Shown: positions 40,539-54,270 of the stretch, piece by piece
Layout of the letters: every line of letters starts with the position of its first letter
How positions within the stretch are numbered: position 1 is the stretch's first letter
NCBI RefSeq assembly: GCF_003704095.1
Contig: NW_020845038.1
Span: forward strand, 1-64,000
Length of the DNA stretch: 64,000 nt
Reading direction: 5' to 3'
From: Pocillopora damicornis
Lineage: Eukaryota
The notes under the pieces: model-generated
Seen by the model: the letters and a program-made list of their open reading frames with translations, nothing else
What the model was told of the DNA's origin: nothing
Database searches by the model: none
Position numbers and translations under genes: made by a program

Positions 40539-43500
40539 ATGGCTTCGTCAACGGACCAAAGCTCAGTGAAAACGATGCCGTCTTCTCGAGGACTTGGATC
40601 TATTTCAGACCTCAAAAACCTCTTTCCTACGAAAACACACTTTTTGATTTTCGTAGGGTACATGGCCCTATTTATAAGCCAAGGTCTGTGGGCTAACTTA
40701 CCACACTTAATTCGTTTCCTTATTCTCAATAAACAAAAAAACCTCGTTAATTGATTTCGCAGTATTGGCTTTTTCTTACTTGATATTTGTGGTATAGTAC
40801 AATATATTCTTTGTTATGCTCGACATGTGTCACAGTAATTAATATTGGCCGCTTTTTTTCCGACAGGCATCCTTGTTACAGCAACTAAAGACAAAAGCAA
40901 CCACTACTCTTATAATACTGTCACTGTGGTTCTACTGACGGAATTCGTCAAACTCATAATTGCCGTAGGAATTCAGCTTCAAACGTAGGTGTATTAAAAT
41001 TATAATTAAACATATCGTGTTTTAAAGCAGTTTTACATGCATATAATATCTTGCAAGGCTTGTATATGTTTGTATATTGTGATCAGCTGGATGTGTACTG
41101 TGAAGGTGTTGTTGTCAGCGTGAAAGCACACACTTGAAAAGCACCATAAAATTGAAATCGCTTTGTTTCTGTTTAGATCTACCTTCGGGGAGTTCTTGCA
41201 GCATGTCCGATCTAATGTTAAAGGTATTTTTCTGTTTTTTTTCTTATCCTTACAATTAAAATAGTCCTGTTGTGGCTAGAAGTCCCCTAAAGTTCAAAGT
41301 AAATGATTAAATTTGAGATTATTTGGTGATTGTGTGAAATCAGTGTTAAAGGTAATTGAAAATTTACCTGCACACGAGTATTTTCTTTGATTTTAGACCC
41401 TTGCCTTGACACTGTAAATTGGGCATCTTGAAATCTTGTAAATTGTCAAATAGACATCAACTTGTTTTAAATTAATTAGCAAAAAATTTACTTGTTAACC
41501 TTTTTCCCTGAGATCTTTCCCATCTGATGTTAATATATACCACTCACTATGGCACTTTCTTGGAGATAAATCTATTTGTCAAGGAGAAATATAAAGATGT
41601 AGACTAGCTTTATTTAAAAGATATACACATGCTTAATGTTGCCTCTTTTCTCTGATTTTGTCTCTAGTGCTGGTACTTTATGTGGTGCCTTCTTTCATGT
41701 ACTGTCTCTACAACAACTTGGCTTTTGTGAATTTAGCCAACTATGACCCAACAACTTACTACCTCCTGCTGCAGTTTAGAGTTGTGGTAACTGGAGTTAT
41801 CTTTCAGGTAATAATGCAGGCAATAACTCTGTTTAATCTATTATAATCTCTTTTCTGTTTTATTTTTCCAGGCAAAGCTGATAAGTTTTGGACACCTCTG
41901 ATTAAATTTGTTTTGCTAATCTTACCATCACATTTTTTAAAGTCAGATAGGGAAATTTTTCTTTGGGGAAATTTTAAAAAATCTGACAAATATGGTTCTT
42001 TTGCTTAGAAATCAGAAATTGAGCATTCTTTAAGATTTCATATGTAGTCATGGGAAAAACCACCTAATTAGCATTTCAAATTTTGGAAGAATTCTTCTAA
42101 TATTGGATGGTTGCTCTGCCAATTTTTTTGGAAATGATTTAGTCAATATTAGTTTTAACACATGTTCCACATGCATATTTGTTTTCAGATAAGTTTTAGA
42201 GTTTTACACCTTTCAGTGAAACAACAAATCAGTGAAGTTACTCCCTCCTTAAGGGTTTTCTGCCCATAAGCAATTAGTAATGAAACTATAGTGCGGAAAA
42301 TCAAGATTTTGATTTCACTAATAGTGAAAGCTTTCCTTTGGAACACCTCAACTCATTAATTTTTTTTTCCGGTGATTAATTATTAACAAACTCCAGCCTA
42401 ACATCAATCCATTAGACTTCTCTTTTCAAAGGACACTTGCCAGTCCCTGAGGGCATCCCCTTCAGGGGAGTTCCACTGTGATTTCATGTCTTGTTTAGGG
42501 CAGTGCCTCTTTTCAACCAAGAGATGCAAGTCCTGATTTTTTTATAAATGAGACATTGTTATCCATGCCTGTCAGGATATGTTCAAATTCTCATTTGGTC
42601 CTTCACCTTACAAAAGGAAACTTATGCCACAATGTGTTTTGGGATTTAGAAAAAGTTTTTCTTTTGTTTCCAAATTTTTGCTACTAGTCATGGTGATCAG
42701 AATGGTAACAGCTCGGAGCTCTGAACCTAAATGTTCATCTTACTTAACCCTTTAACTCCCATGAGTGACCGAGACAAAATTTCTCCCTACAATATCGATA
42801 CAATATCAAGCAGACAAGTGATGAGAATAAAGAAAAATACCAGTTAATCAGTTAAGGGATAATAAGTTGATCCAATACCAAATTCTCCAAACTAACATTA
42901 CAAGAACTGTATGACAGACAGTAAGGAGAATTACTAATGAGATCATGGTAGTTAAAGGGTTAAACTTAAAACTTGGTGATTCAGTAAATGGAACTCTTAA
43001 TTTATTTATACTATGCAAACTGGGATCAGCTTGAATTGCAAGAGCTGCTGGGCTTGAGGATAGATTTGACCTAATCCACTAAGAAGAGAGAATTATTGAT
43101 CAGATCTTTTGAATTAAAAGTGTTTAAGAACTTACCTGTATTTTTTTCTTGCAGATATTGTTTAGTAAAAAGCTGAGTGGGCTTCAGTGGGTATCTTTGC
43201 TGTTGCTAACATCTGGTTGTATCATCAAGCAGATCAAATTTGAGAACCTTGCAGCAGGAAGTAGCTCTTTCTCCATACAGTTTGACATTCATCTTCTGTT
43301 AATCCTTGTCCAAGTGTTTTGTTCCTGTTTTGCTGGTGTTTATAATGAGTATTTGTTAAAGGGTAAAGGTGGTGATGTGCCATTTATGGTTCAGAATTTT
43401 TTCATGTATGTAGACTCAGTCTTGTGTAATTTTGCCGTTCTCTGGTACAATGGCACATTATCTGATGCATTTACTGGAGAAAGCCTAGCATCCATTGCCA

Positions 43501-43781
43501 GAGGTAAAGTTTTGGCCATTATTTTCAATAATGCTGGCATTGGCATAACCACAGCATTGTTCCTGAAGCAGCTGAATTCTATTCTTAAGACTTTTGCTAG
43601 TGCACTAGAGATCATGTTCACTGCTGTATTGTGCTGGATTATCTTTGGAATTCCAGTTGATATTTTCACGTTCGTTGCCATTGCTATTGTTTCTTACGCA
43701 GTAATTCTTTATGCTCATAATCCTGTAGATAACACACCTAAGCCTGTAGAGGGCAATCAGAAATCAAACACTAGTGTTTAG
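40539..43781 (+). CDS. senju: SLC35A-family nucleotide-sugar transporter, senju-like (UDP-galactose), 5 exons
   Basis: Approximate exons: 40539-40683, 40867-40984, 41177-41223, 41669-41807, 43155-43781. LFPTKTHFLIFVGYMALFISQG, YNTVTVVLLTEFVKL, LYVVPSFMYCLYNNLAFVNL..DPTTYYLLLQ.RVVVTG, CSCFAGVYNEYLLK and LNSILKTFASALE resemble Drosophila senju as I recall it. Confidence 0.88.
42744..42963. mobile_element. TTAA/piggyBac-type MITE (intact ends)
   Basis: TTAACCCTTTAACTCCC...GTAGTTAAAGGGTTAA. Confidence 0.8.
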
Positions 43782-44912
43782 AAGCTAATTTCTTTTTAAA
43801 ATCACACACACATACCTAAGAGAGGAAGATACCCAAAGAAATAAGTTTTGGCTGTAGGTATTAGATACCAGGATAGTGGGTTACAGGTGAACTAGCTGAA
43901 CTTGAATAAAAAAATATCCAGGATATGTCAGTTGAAGTTTTGGAATGGAAAAGATTTTAGAAAATGAATTCAAGGTAGAAGGTAGACTTGAAGGTGGAGA
44001 TGACAGTCAGGTTTTCTCCAAGTTTTGTAGTGAGGAGACAATACTTAGCCCTTTGACCAAAAAGAGTGATCACCATCTAATTTCCTCTTACATTATCATC
44101 CCTAAGTCACACATGTAGATCACAAGAAAAAGGGAAATGATCACCAACTAAAGAAGTTTTTGATTGTTAAACAAGTTCTCCTTTTCAGCACCCCTAGGAA
44201 ATTTATAGAGAATAGTATGGAGATTATACATACCAATGTTAGGTGGTAAGGGATTAAAAGAAGGCTAGCTAGTATCTAGTTTATTAGATTTAATATGTTG
44301 TCTTTAACGTCTTCAGTCAATGACCAAAGTGACCAATGAAGTTCACCACTTCTGACTTAAAGGGAAAAGCGTTTTAATTTAATATATTAATTTATTCGTT
44401 TTCATAAAGTTATTATCAAATTTAGGTCTGTGTCAAGATCAATTTATACTGCGCACTTATTGCTTGTGATTTTTGCATGTAAACACCTAAGAAATGAGAG
44501 AATTGATGAAAAAGGGAAAGTAGTTTGACCAACAAATCACCCGTGACAACATCAGAGGTAAAAAAAAAAATTAAGGGTGTAAATTGGTCTTGAATTGCAG
44601 ATGAGCTAGTACAGAACACATTCATGACGCTAATTTTAGTTAAGTATTACCAAGTAAATATTTCTTTCTTTAAACTCTAAATCTCCAGTTAACAACTAGC
44701 TTTTCAGACATAAGAAATTGTTTAACAAGAATCACATGCATCCACATCTACTATTGGAAAAGGTTAATAAGGTCTTAGTTATGTCTTAGTACAGTACTGA
44801 ACTGTTCAGGAACACACTTACCATCCACATGTCAAAATACACTTTCATATTTTTATCTGTGATAAAGTAGATTACATAGTCTAAATAGTTGAAGTTGGTA
44901 TTTTATTAGCCA

Positions 44913-45056
44913 GGGCCCAGTTATTCAAAGGGTGGATAATGCTATCCAACAGATAAATTGCTCTCCTGTACATCAGTGCTAACAAAATATACTGTGCTAT
45001 CCACTGGAGAGAGATTTATCCATTGGATAGTATTATCCACCTCTCCAACAACTGGG
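44913..45056. repeat. Short inverted-repeat element (GGCCCAGTTGTTCAAA/GGATAA-TATCCA family)
   Basis: Ends are imperfect inverted repeats; partial copies at about 7051, 39568 and 51465. Confidence 0.6.
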
Positions 45057-45573
45057 GTAGGGTTTTTTAAGTTTTCCATTACTTTTATTCATTTGGGTTA
45101 ATTTTTCTTCCTTTTCCCCATGCTCAAGAGGAATATATTTTTCATTTTTTAAGGGTATGATCACCTTTAAGTAAGGACATGAAATGGTTAAAAGCGTCCT
45201 GAATTGTGTGTCCCACATTAAGTCTTGGCACAATTTCTTTAATGAGAAATAAAAAAACTATTTCTGAATTTTTCAATTTGATCCACCTCAAGCTTTTGTT
45301 AAGGAAGTGTTAGATTCCATTCAAGGTAATTTTATTAGACACATACTTTAAAAAAAAACCTTGTCAATTAAATTATTGAAAGTTTGTCAACAATAAATTC
45401 AGAAGAAAGAAATTCAGAGACATAAGTGTTTCACTTTATATTAGCAGAGTTTAATCTATTCATAATGATGGTGGACAACAGAAGCCTTGAGCCTGGCTGT
45501 CGGGGAAACCTGACAGGGTTTCCAGCTTATTTGCTTCCATGTATGTCGTTTGTAAACCCCATCAGAGCTACCT

Positions 45574-45784
45574 TTAACCCTTTAACTCCCAGATCAAATT
45601 TGTCATTCTCCTTACTGTCAACCATACAATTCTTATAATGTTAGGTCAGAGAATTTAGTATTGGATCAACCAATTATCCCCAAATTGATATTTTTCTTCA
45701 TTCTCATCACTTATCTGGTTGATACTGTAATGATATTGTAAGGAGAAATTCTGGCTTGGTCACTCATGGGAGTTAAAGGGTCAA
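45574..45784. mobile_element. TTAA/piggyBac-type MITE upstream of presenilin
   Basis: TTAACCCTTTAACTCCC...GGGAGTTAAAGGGTCAA. Confidence 0.8.
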
Positions 45785-46009
45785 GTTATTTCCTCATCCT
45801 CTTCCCAGTCACGCATGTAACGCTCTTTCTAGTTACCAGCCTTCTTTCGGTCTCAGGCTGGTATCGAGGGAAAAGAGGAATGTCGTCACTGTTTTCCGCC
45901 ATGATGGTTTTACAAAATCGCTAAGCCTCGTGCAGTTGAGGAAATTTTACGGCTTTCGTGAAAGGAATCTCTGCTTGAAGTCAGTGCCGATGTTTGAGAT
46001 AACAGATAC

Positions 46010-49000
46010 ATGAACGAGGACGACGTGGATGAAACAACCAGTCTAATGTCGGGCGAAGTAGTCACTCAGAGTTTTCGTGATAACAGAAACAGTGACCGCC
46101 GGAGTCGAAGAAATGGACAAAATAACCAAATAACAGATACGGTAAGTACTTTTTGATGCTGAAGATTGTAATGAGAGATTTCAGTTTCTGTCCTGATTTC
46201 TGAGTTTTCTTTGGTTGTTGTTTACACCCAGAAATCACCTAAATATCATCATTAAAAATCATATTTTTCCCTCTTCAGTTTCGCGTTTAATATTCAAAGA
46301 TTGCTCAGTTTCAGGACTTTATCAGTTACATTTAGACACACCTAGTGTTGTGCTGTCAGCCCGCGTCCCTTGTAAACTTCCAATGTACTGAAAAGAAGAG
46401 AGTTCGAGCCTCTTTCGAACGAAAACACGTCTGTGCTTGATCATGATAACTTTGGAAACAGAAATGGTTACACTTCTGTCATATCCCGTAAACGCCTATT
46501 CTAAGCTCCCCTTTCTTGAAAATCAGCGAAATGTTCACTCAGAATTTCCTTACATCATTAAGCTGGCTTATTTTGGAAATAGATTTATGAATAGTGGGAA
46601 ACAGTGGGTGTAGGGTAAAACTAAACAGTTGACGTGAAATGTTAGAGTCCAGGCTTAGTTCAAGAGAATGTGTCATCACTTTCCCCCACTCCATCCAGGA
46701 GTTGATTAACCCTTGATACCCTAACAACAGTTTTCATATTCTCCATACTGTTCTTTGTACATTTCCTAGGATGCTGATAAGAGGAATTTGTTTAACAGTC
46801 AAGAGCCTCCTTCATTGGTGATCATTTCCTTTATTCTCATGACCTTAATGTTTGATTCAGGGATGATATTGTGAGGAGAAATTAGATGCCAATCTTCTGT
46901 AGGGGTTATTAGTGATAACAACTATGGTGTCCACTGTTGTAAAGTAATTTTGATTAACTCTCAGAACCTTAAGAGTAACCAGCTTCCACTTTCCCTTTGC
47001 AGTAATACTGCTGAATCATTCATTCGTTAAAATAAAGGAAATGATTAGCAGAAGCTTTGATTGTCAGTACTGAAATAAATGTATAGGGAACAGTGTAGAG
47101 AATATGGATACTGATATTAGAGTTTAAAAGGTTCAACCAACATACTTATTTGTTTTCCTGTCAGAATGATGGGCCTGAACTGTTTGAAGAAGGTGGTAAT
47201 GAAAGGCCATCAAGGGCACGTCAGAGAAATCAGGGCAGAGAGCAAAGGGTACGAGATGTATCGCCCAATGATAGTGAAATGGATGAGGAGGAGATGCTCA
47301 AATATGGAGCCAAGAGTGTTATGATGTTAATAGTTCCTGTTTCAACCTGTATGTTGGTTGTTGTGGCAACTATAGCATCAGTCACATACTATACACGGAG
47401 AGAAGGCACATACCTGTAAGTTGCCCACAGCTTTCTCTTGTATACTTTCTTTCAGAATATAGGGAAGGGAATGTCAAAACCTGTAAAAGGTTTTCTGTTG
47501 GTCATTTATTTGCCCCTTATTCTTGGTTTATTGAGGGCTGTATATAACAGAGTAATTTAGTATTATCAACTGAGTTGATAACATAAATTGGCCACCAAAA
47601 AGAGTTTCAAAGCTGACATTTTGAGAAGTAGCCCTTTGTTAGAGCAAATGGAGGAGTTGTGGGTTGTGTTTGTGTTTATATGCAGAAAATGGGGCTATGC
47701 CACTGGCGAAAGAAAAACAAATAAATTAGTTGAATGGAAAGCACTTGTTGATACCGTGGAGATAAAGAGTGCCGATTTGAAAGATTCATTTTTGTTCTAG
47801 AGTTTGGTGGCTTTCCAAACTGCCTAGATGTAGGAAAATATAATAGCCTTCCATTGATCATTTTTCTAATCATTCAACCTCAATGTTGATCTATTAGTGT
47901 GTACACACCATTTCATGAGGATGGAAACATAAGCCAGGCAAGGAAGGCTGGAGAGGCAATAGCAAATGCCTTCATAGTGATTGGTGTTGTTCTGGTTCTC
48001 ACCGTTTTCCTTGTGCTGCTTTATAAGTTCCGATGCTATTGTGTGAGTACAGTAATTTTGCTTCTTCCCACATGTAGTTAAAACTTGTTACTCATATTAC
48101 GTGAGCCTGTTATATCTCAAGATTCCCTCTGAACTTAGAGTTTTATCTCCACATCGAGACCACTCTGCAATAAGTTTACCATAATGATTGCTCGCATGAT
48201 CTCCAAGGTGACAAAACATTTTTTTTGCTGTATGAACCTAGGTTGAAAGTAGCTTTAGTTAACTCCAGTGTTCTTTTTGTACCTGTTATGTAGTAAAGTT
48301 AGTAACATCATATGGTAAAGTATCACTAGATAATGAATGATTTTCATAGGTGAGCTGCAATTTTAAGCAATTGCAGAAAAGAAGCCTGAAAAAAATTGTA
48401 TCATTTACACAGCCATGCATTGGAAGTGGGAACATTCTAGAGGGTTTGTGTAAATCATGAAATTCTAGCAGCATGCTGGTATTCATCAGATAATGCAATT
48501 GACTGGTTATGGATTATTATTTCTCTGTAAAGACTTGTAATATTTATGGGAAGATTGTACTAATCTGCCTCATTTAACAAGGGACTGGATTGTGAGACAT
48601 ATATTGGTAATAATACCACAGTGCCACACCTTCCTTAAAGCAAATTTGTTAGAGTGAGATTCTCAGATCTTTTTAAAAGGGAAATTAAGTTAGTGAAATA
48701 TAATAATTAATTACCTTAAAACATTCACAGGAATGCTCTGGTTGTTTCCTAGGTAATATCAGGATGGTTGGTGCTATCGTCTTTAATGCTGTTATTCTTC
48801 TTTGGCTACATTTATTTCCAGTAAGTCATCCATACTTCACACTCACTTTACCAGCTTTGCTTTCCCCATTAAATAAAACAATTGGAACTTGTCATTGTGT
48901 GACTTCTTAGAATGATGGCGAATGTTACTGTTTGTGTTAGACTCTCAGTTTTATTGAGTATGTAGCAAGTTTTCAAAGCCTATAAGAGATCTCAATTAAG

Positions 49001-52000
49001 TAAAACCCAATTCAATCACAAATTAGATTTGACGCCTATTAAAAATATCTCTATTTACTCTATTTTCCTTGCCACACCTAGTCTGTTTTCCTCAGTTGTC
49101 ATCTATCCTAGGCTTGCCTTTGTTTTTGGCTAAGGTGCTTTGTATGTCAGTGACAAAACTCTTTTTTAATGTGCAGTATTTGTCCTTGTTGTCAACAGAG
49201 AGGTGCTGAAGGTGTACAATGTAGCAATGGACTACTTCACATTATCATTGATAATCTGGAATTTTGGGGTTGTAGGAATGATTTGCATACATTGGAAAGG
49301 ACCTCTTAGATTACAACAAGCATACCTTATCTTAGTTAGTGCTTTGATGGTAAGCCATAGCTTTGTTTTTTGTTTGTTTGGTTGTTTTTTGTTGTGAGAT
49401 GTGTACTGGTTTGAAAGCATAAGATAAAATTCTTAAACTAATGAGTCACTAACAATACTTAGTGAGGCCAAAACACACTAAGTTTCATGTCCTTATTGTT
49501 CACTTCTGGACACTTAATTGCCACATTCCCATACATATCAGTGAAGCCTTTCACTTATAATTTTAGATCTAAAAATGTGCTAACCAATCAAACAATATTC
49601 CCCCAGTTGATGAGTTTTTCTCTTCTTGTCCCATTTCTGCTTGAGAATGTATGGATGTTTAGAAGATGTGGGGCTCAAAGCAAAGTTCAGCAGATGTAAA
49701 CGTACTCAGGGGTTTCAATAGATTGTCCATAAGAGGCTGTGGGTGCTGTACCAGTAATAGGCACGTGTGTTCAGAAAATGGGGTGTAAGGCAGAACCCTA
49801 ACAGGAGAGCCTGTTTGAAGGCTAAATGGACCTGAAGTCTTACATACAGTGGTAGACTTCTGTTAACAGCTTTCATACTTTTTTTTTTTTTTTTTCAATT
49901 GGTGATGCAAAGCTTGTTTTACTCCATAGGCTTTGGTTTTTATCAAATTTTTGCCAGACTGGACTACTTGGGCAATATTGGCAGCTATTTCACTCTATGG
50001 TAAGCAACAACACCCTCTCTTTAGTCTTACTGTGGATTTATATTGCTTGTGAAATACCTCAAATAACAGTTGCAATGGTTGATTTTTTTCCTGTAGATTT
50101 GTGTGCTGTTCTATGTCCCAAAGGGCCTTTGAAGATTTTGGTTCAAACTGCACAAGAACGAGATGAGCCTCTCTTCCCATCATTAATTTACTCCTGTAAG
50201 TTTTTTACATTGCAGCTACAATTCAACATGTGAAATATTGTCTAGAAGCGCTCCTCCAACAAGAGATTCAGGCATATTCTGAAAAATAAAAATCCAATTG
50301 TTTGTTGTGTTTCCAGCCACCATGATGTGGTCAATTGGCATGGCTGATAGAGACAACAGTGAAGGTGCAGGAGCAAGAGTGACATCAGTCACACGAGTTG
50401 ATTCAGAAGACGAGGAGGAATTACTAGAGTCTACTGAAGGGGAAGGACCCACAAACGAGACAAACGAGGCTGCAGAAAATGCTGTGAGGGCCCTGGGTTC
50501 ACGAGAGGAAGAACAACAATCACCAAATGATGGTCAAGATAGTGAAGAAGAAGAAAGTGAGTTCACTTATTGTATACTTTGGAATATTTGATCATTTAGT
50601 GTGAATTTCTTCTAAGAGGAACTCTGAAAGAACTGTTGATGGTGAAAATGAACAAGTTGTTACCAGAGTCCCAAAGGATATAACGATCTGTTACTTTTTA
50701 AAATACTCATCCACACATAATCTTGATAGTGCTTGTATGATTTTATGCTTTTTTATTGAGTGTTTCAATTTATTGCTGTCTGAGAAAAGGGTGTGTTTTT
50801 AAGTGGTTTTTTTTTTTGTTTGCCTTAGTTAAAACTGCTTCAGGGTTTCATTCCCATAGTGTTACCTGTATTTTCCATTGTTTGGAGAGTTCTTCCTCAA
50901 GTTTTGACTGATTGACCAGTTGTTCAACATAACCATGTATGATTTCCTCAGCGTAAATTTAATTTAAATGAATTCTAAAGAAACACAGAGTTTAATGTGT
51001 CGCTTTAAGGAATATTAGTGCTATTTGTATTTTTTAAACAGTAAGAATCATGAATCATTCAGTGATATATGGTAATTTGCAAAGCAATCTTTTAAATTTG
51101 ATGTTATTTATCATTATTTTTATCACCAGAGGGTGTAAAACTAGGCCTTGGAGATTTCATATTCTACAGTGTTCTGGTTGGCAAAGCATCCTCCTACAAG
51201 GATTGGAACACAACAATTGCTTGCTTTGTAGCTATACTTATTGTAAGTGCTGAAAACTGGTTATTCCCTAATCATTAACTCCTTTTTATTGCCTTGTTGT
51301 GAGATCTGTGATCTGCTCAATGATGATTCGCATTATTATGATGTCAAGATGTACTGAGAGTACTTTTTGACTATTGAAAGGGACCAGTTTTGTTTTTTCT
51401 TTTTTTTTGCTAATTCTGGTGTCTGAATCTGACTGAGCAGCCAGTTTTAATTTGGGAATCTACTGGGCTAAGTTGTTCAAAGCTGGGTTAAGATAACTCA
51501 GGGCTAGTGTGAAATCTAACTTCTGATCTGAAATCTTAAAAAAAAAAAATTCCGTATACTACTTTCTGTCTACAGTTTGATGATTGCAAAAATATCCCTG
51601 TAAATCCTCTGAGGGCCTCTTCAATTCTTTGACAAATTTCTAAGGTTGAATGAATATCAGACCAGCATTTCCCATGGTCCCTAAGCAATTACCAGTTTCT
51701 CCCTTTCTATGTATTTTTGAGACTTTAGAGACACACTTTGGCCATGATGGCTACCAATGCCTTTGGGATCATGGTCATTTTTATCAATAACTGTTTTTTT
51801 TTTAATTAAAAAAATCACCTTGATCTTTATTTCTGTCATCAAGACCTTCCTTGACTTCAAACACAGAATCCTAATGTAGGGTTTTCAACAAGAATTTTGC
51901 AAGAATCTTGACCATCATTCAGTGATTCTTGTTCTGCACTATTCTAAGTGCTTTCAATTTTAACAACATTCATACTTTGCCCACTCACCATGTTTAACTG

Positions 52001-52442
52001 TGGTGGAACTTATTTCAGCTACTTATTTACTTCTAAATGGATTATCTGGTTTTATCAACTGAGTTGATAATACAAATTGATCAACATAAAGAGTTTCCAA
52101 AACTGAGGTTTTGAGTCTTAGCCCTTTGTTAGAGCAATCGATGAAAGGCTAATGCACAAAACTAAGTTTTAGAAACTCTTCAGAATGGGCGATTTCTATT
52201 ACCAAATTATCTTGTAATACCCGTCACTGCTGAAGCGCCACAGTTTCTTCAGAAAATTAATAGGCTTTGTTGTTTGTTCCTTGCAGGGTCTGTGCTTAAC
52301 ACTCCTCCTCCTGGCAATCTACAAAAAAGCTCTACCTGCCTTACCAATATCAATTACTTTTGGACTCATTTTCAACTTTGCCACAACTGAGCTGGTTAAA
52401 CCATTCATGGACAGCTTGTCAAGTCAGCAGGCCTTCATTTGA
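46010..52442 (+). CDS. PSEN: Presenilin (gamma-secretase catalytic subunit), 10 coding exons
   Basis: Approximate exons: 46010-46141, 47165-47415 ([21 protein letters not shown]), 47898-48042 (YTPF..LYKFRCY), 48753-48820, 49199-49349 ([24 protein letters not shown]), 49930-49999 with 50097-50195 (catalytic YD, LCPKGPL), 50317-50556, 51130-51243 ([12 protein letters not shown]), 52287-52442 (ALPALPISI). Confidence 0.96.
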
Positions 52443-54270
52443 GCTTTTGGAACATAAACAATATTATCATATTTTGTATTAAAAGCTGCAGAGAGAAATG
52501 GCTATTGAATTAGAATGCTTGTTATTTTGGGGGCAATCCGTGTTAGTAATGAGGCTGTATTACTGTTATTTCAAACATATTTTTCTTTTCGTAAAAAAAA
52601 AAAAAAAAAGTGAGAAAGGAAAGAAGCATGGACATAATACATTTTCCTTCACTCATGACAGAAATTTCATCTCCAAATTTCATTGTTAAATTTGAAGTAT
52701 TTAATATGTACCTATCTTGAACAAACTTTTGTGAACTTCGCTTTTAAACTCTTCCAATTAATGGTAACAGCATCTAAATAATAGTTCTTCAGAAATCACA
52801 ACACAGGTGGTAGTTTCTGAATTAATAATGATGATAACAGTAAAACATGGCATCATATTCTATAATGCTACCACTAAGGGTGTACAGTATTTTTCCTTTT
52901 TTTTCCAAATGCCTAAATACACAGCCATTTGACTGGCTTTTGTGGAAAAATCATTGTTCTGGTATTGTTTTGGAACATCAATTCTGGTCCCTTAATGATT
53001 GCCTAGAACTCAACATATGATTGCTATTTTTTTAGTGGTGATTAACATTTTGCCTTCTCCTTTGTCTCCCTTTCTGCAAACTTAATTCCTTATATTTTGT
53101 TGATAATTAACTTTTGTATTGATGTACCAGTCATGAAGTAGTTATCTTTTGCTGAATTGAATCAATCGAAGCTTTAGTTGGGACAATCTTGGAAAAAGTT
53201 TTAACCCTTTAATTCTTAAGATCTGATTGTTACTTCTCTCCTTTAGCTGCTACACATTTCCTCATAAATTAGTCAATTAATTAATTAATTAAAAGGGTTA
53301 AAAATAATGAACAAACTTAGTGGGAAAGCAAAATGTTCTTGTAAATACCAAGCAATGAGTTCAAATCGAAATCATTTAGTTTCCTTCAATAAACTTAAGC
53401 GAGTAGTTTATGCAGTAAATTATTTAAAAATGAATCCAATTATTATTCTCACCAAAATAGATAGCACTTTTGCAATTAAGACTACTCTGTTTCCTAATAC
53501 TTGTGATTTATTTTTTCTGAAGCATCTTAGTCTGGTGGAATCCTATTGGCTAATCGCATGCTTGCAAACCTGTTATCCAACTTTATATACCAGTAGATCA
53601 CACATTGAATTTTTTCTGTGCCATTGCTGGGAAGGCAGAAAGAAGCAAACAACAGAAAAAAAAAATAAAAGTAAAGAGGTTTTATACCAGTCTATGTTGG
53701 TCCTTAATGGTAAAAACTATGCAAGACTTCTTGAGTAGAATTTAAGGAAAACCAAGAGAACAGTGTACCTACCTGTACAGACCCCCCCCCACCCAGTATA
53801 TAAAACATATTCATTACAATATTACAATTATAGTGTTCGGAATTTAAAAAGGTGAGGTTGTCCTTATTTTAAATGGTGGGCAATCAAAATTCTTGAATTT
53901 GGTTGTCCTGATGAATCCTCGGTTGCCTGTTAAAAAACAAACTCCACATATTAAGAACAATGCACAAAAGGAAATCAAGAACACTTGTCTTTCCATGTTT
54001 GTTGCAAATATTAGATGTTCCCAAATGTTAGATGGGCCTAGATTCAACAAAAAAAAAACCAATACAGGCCAGCAATTTCAGGCAACATTTGATCTCTTTA
54101 TTTGAATGATAATCTTTCCTACACCTCAATCTTTAAAATTTAATTGCTAAGCAGTAAATTGTTGTCCAGTTGCAGAAATGAAATGACAGTCCATGAGCTA
54201 ACTGATTTTGAAACATATTTGTATGCCTGTAGCCATCATTTATCTTTTATTTACAAAGTAATTAAGAGTG

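Noticed and set aside
53307-53738. 143-aa plus-strand ORF
   Set aside because: AT-rich region between convergent 3' ends; no motifs or supporting splice structure.
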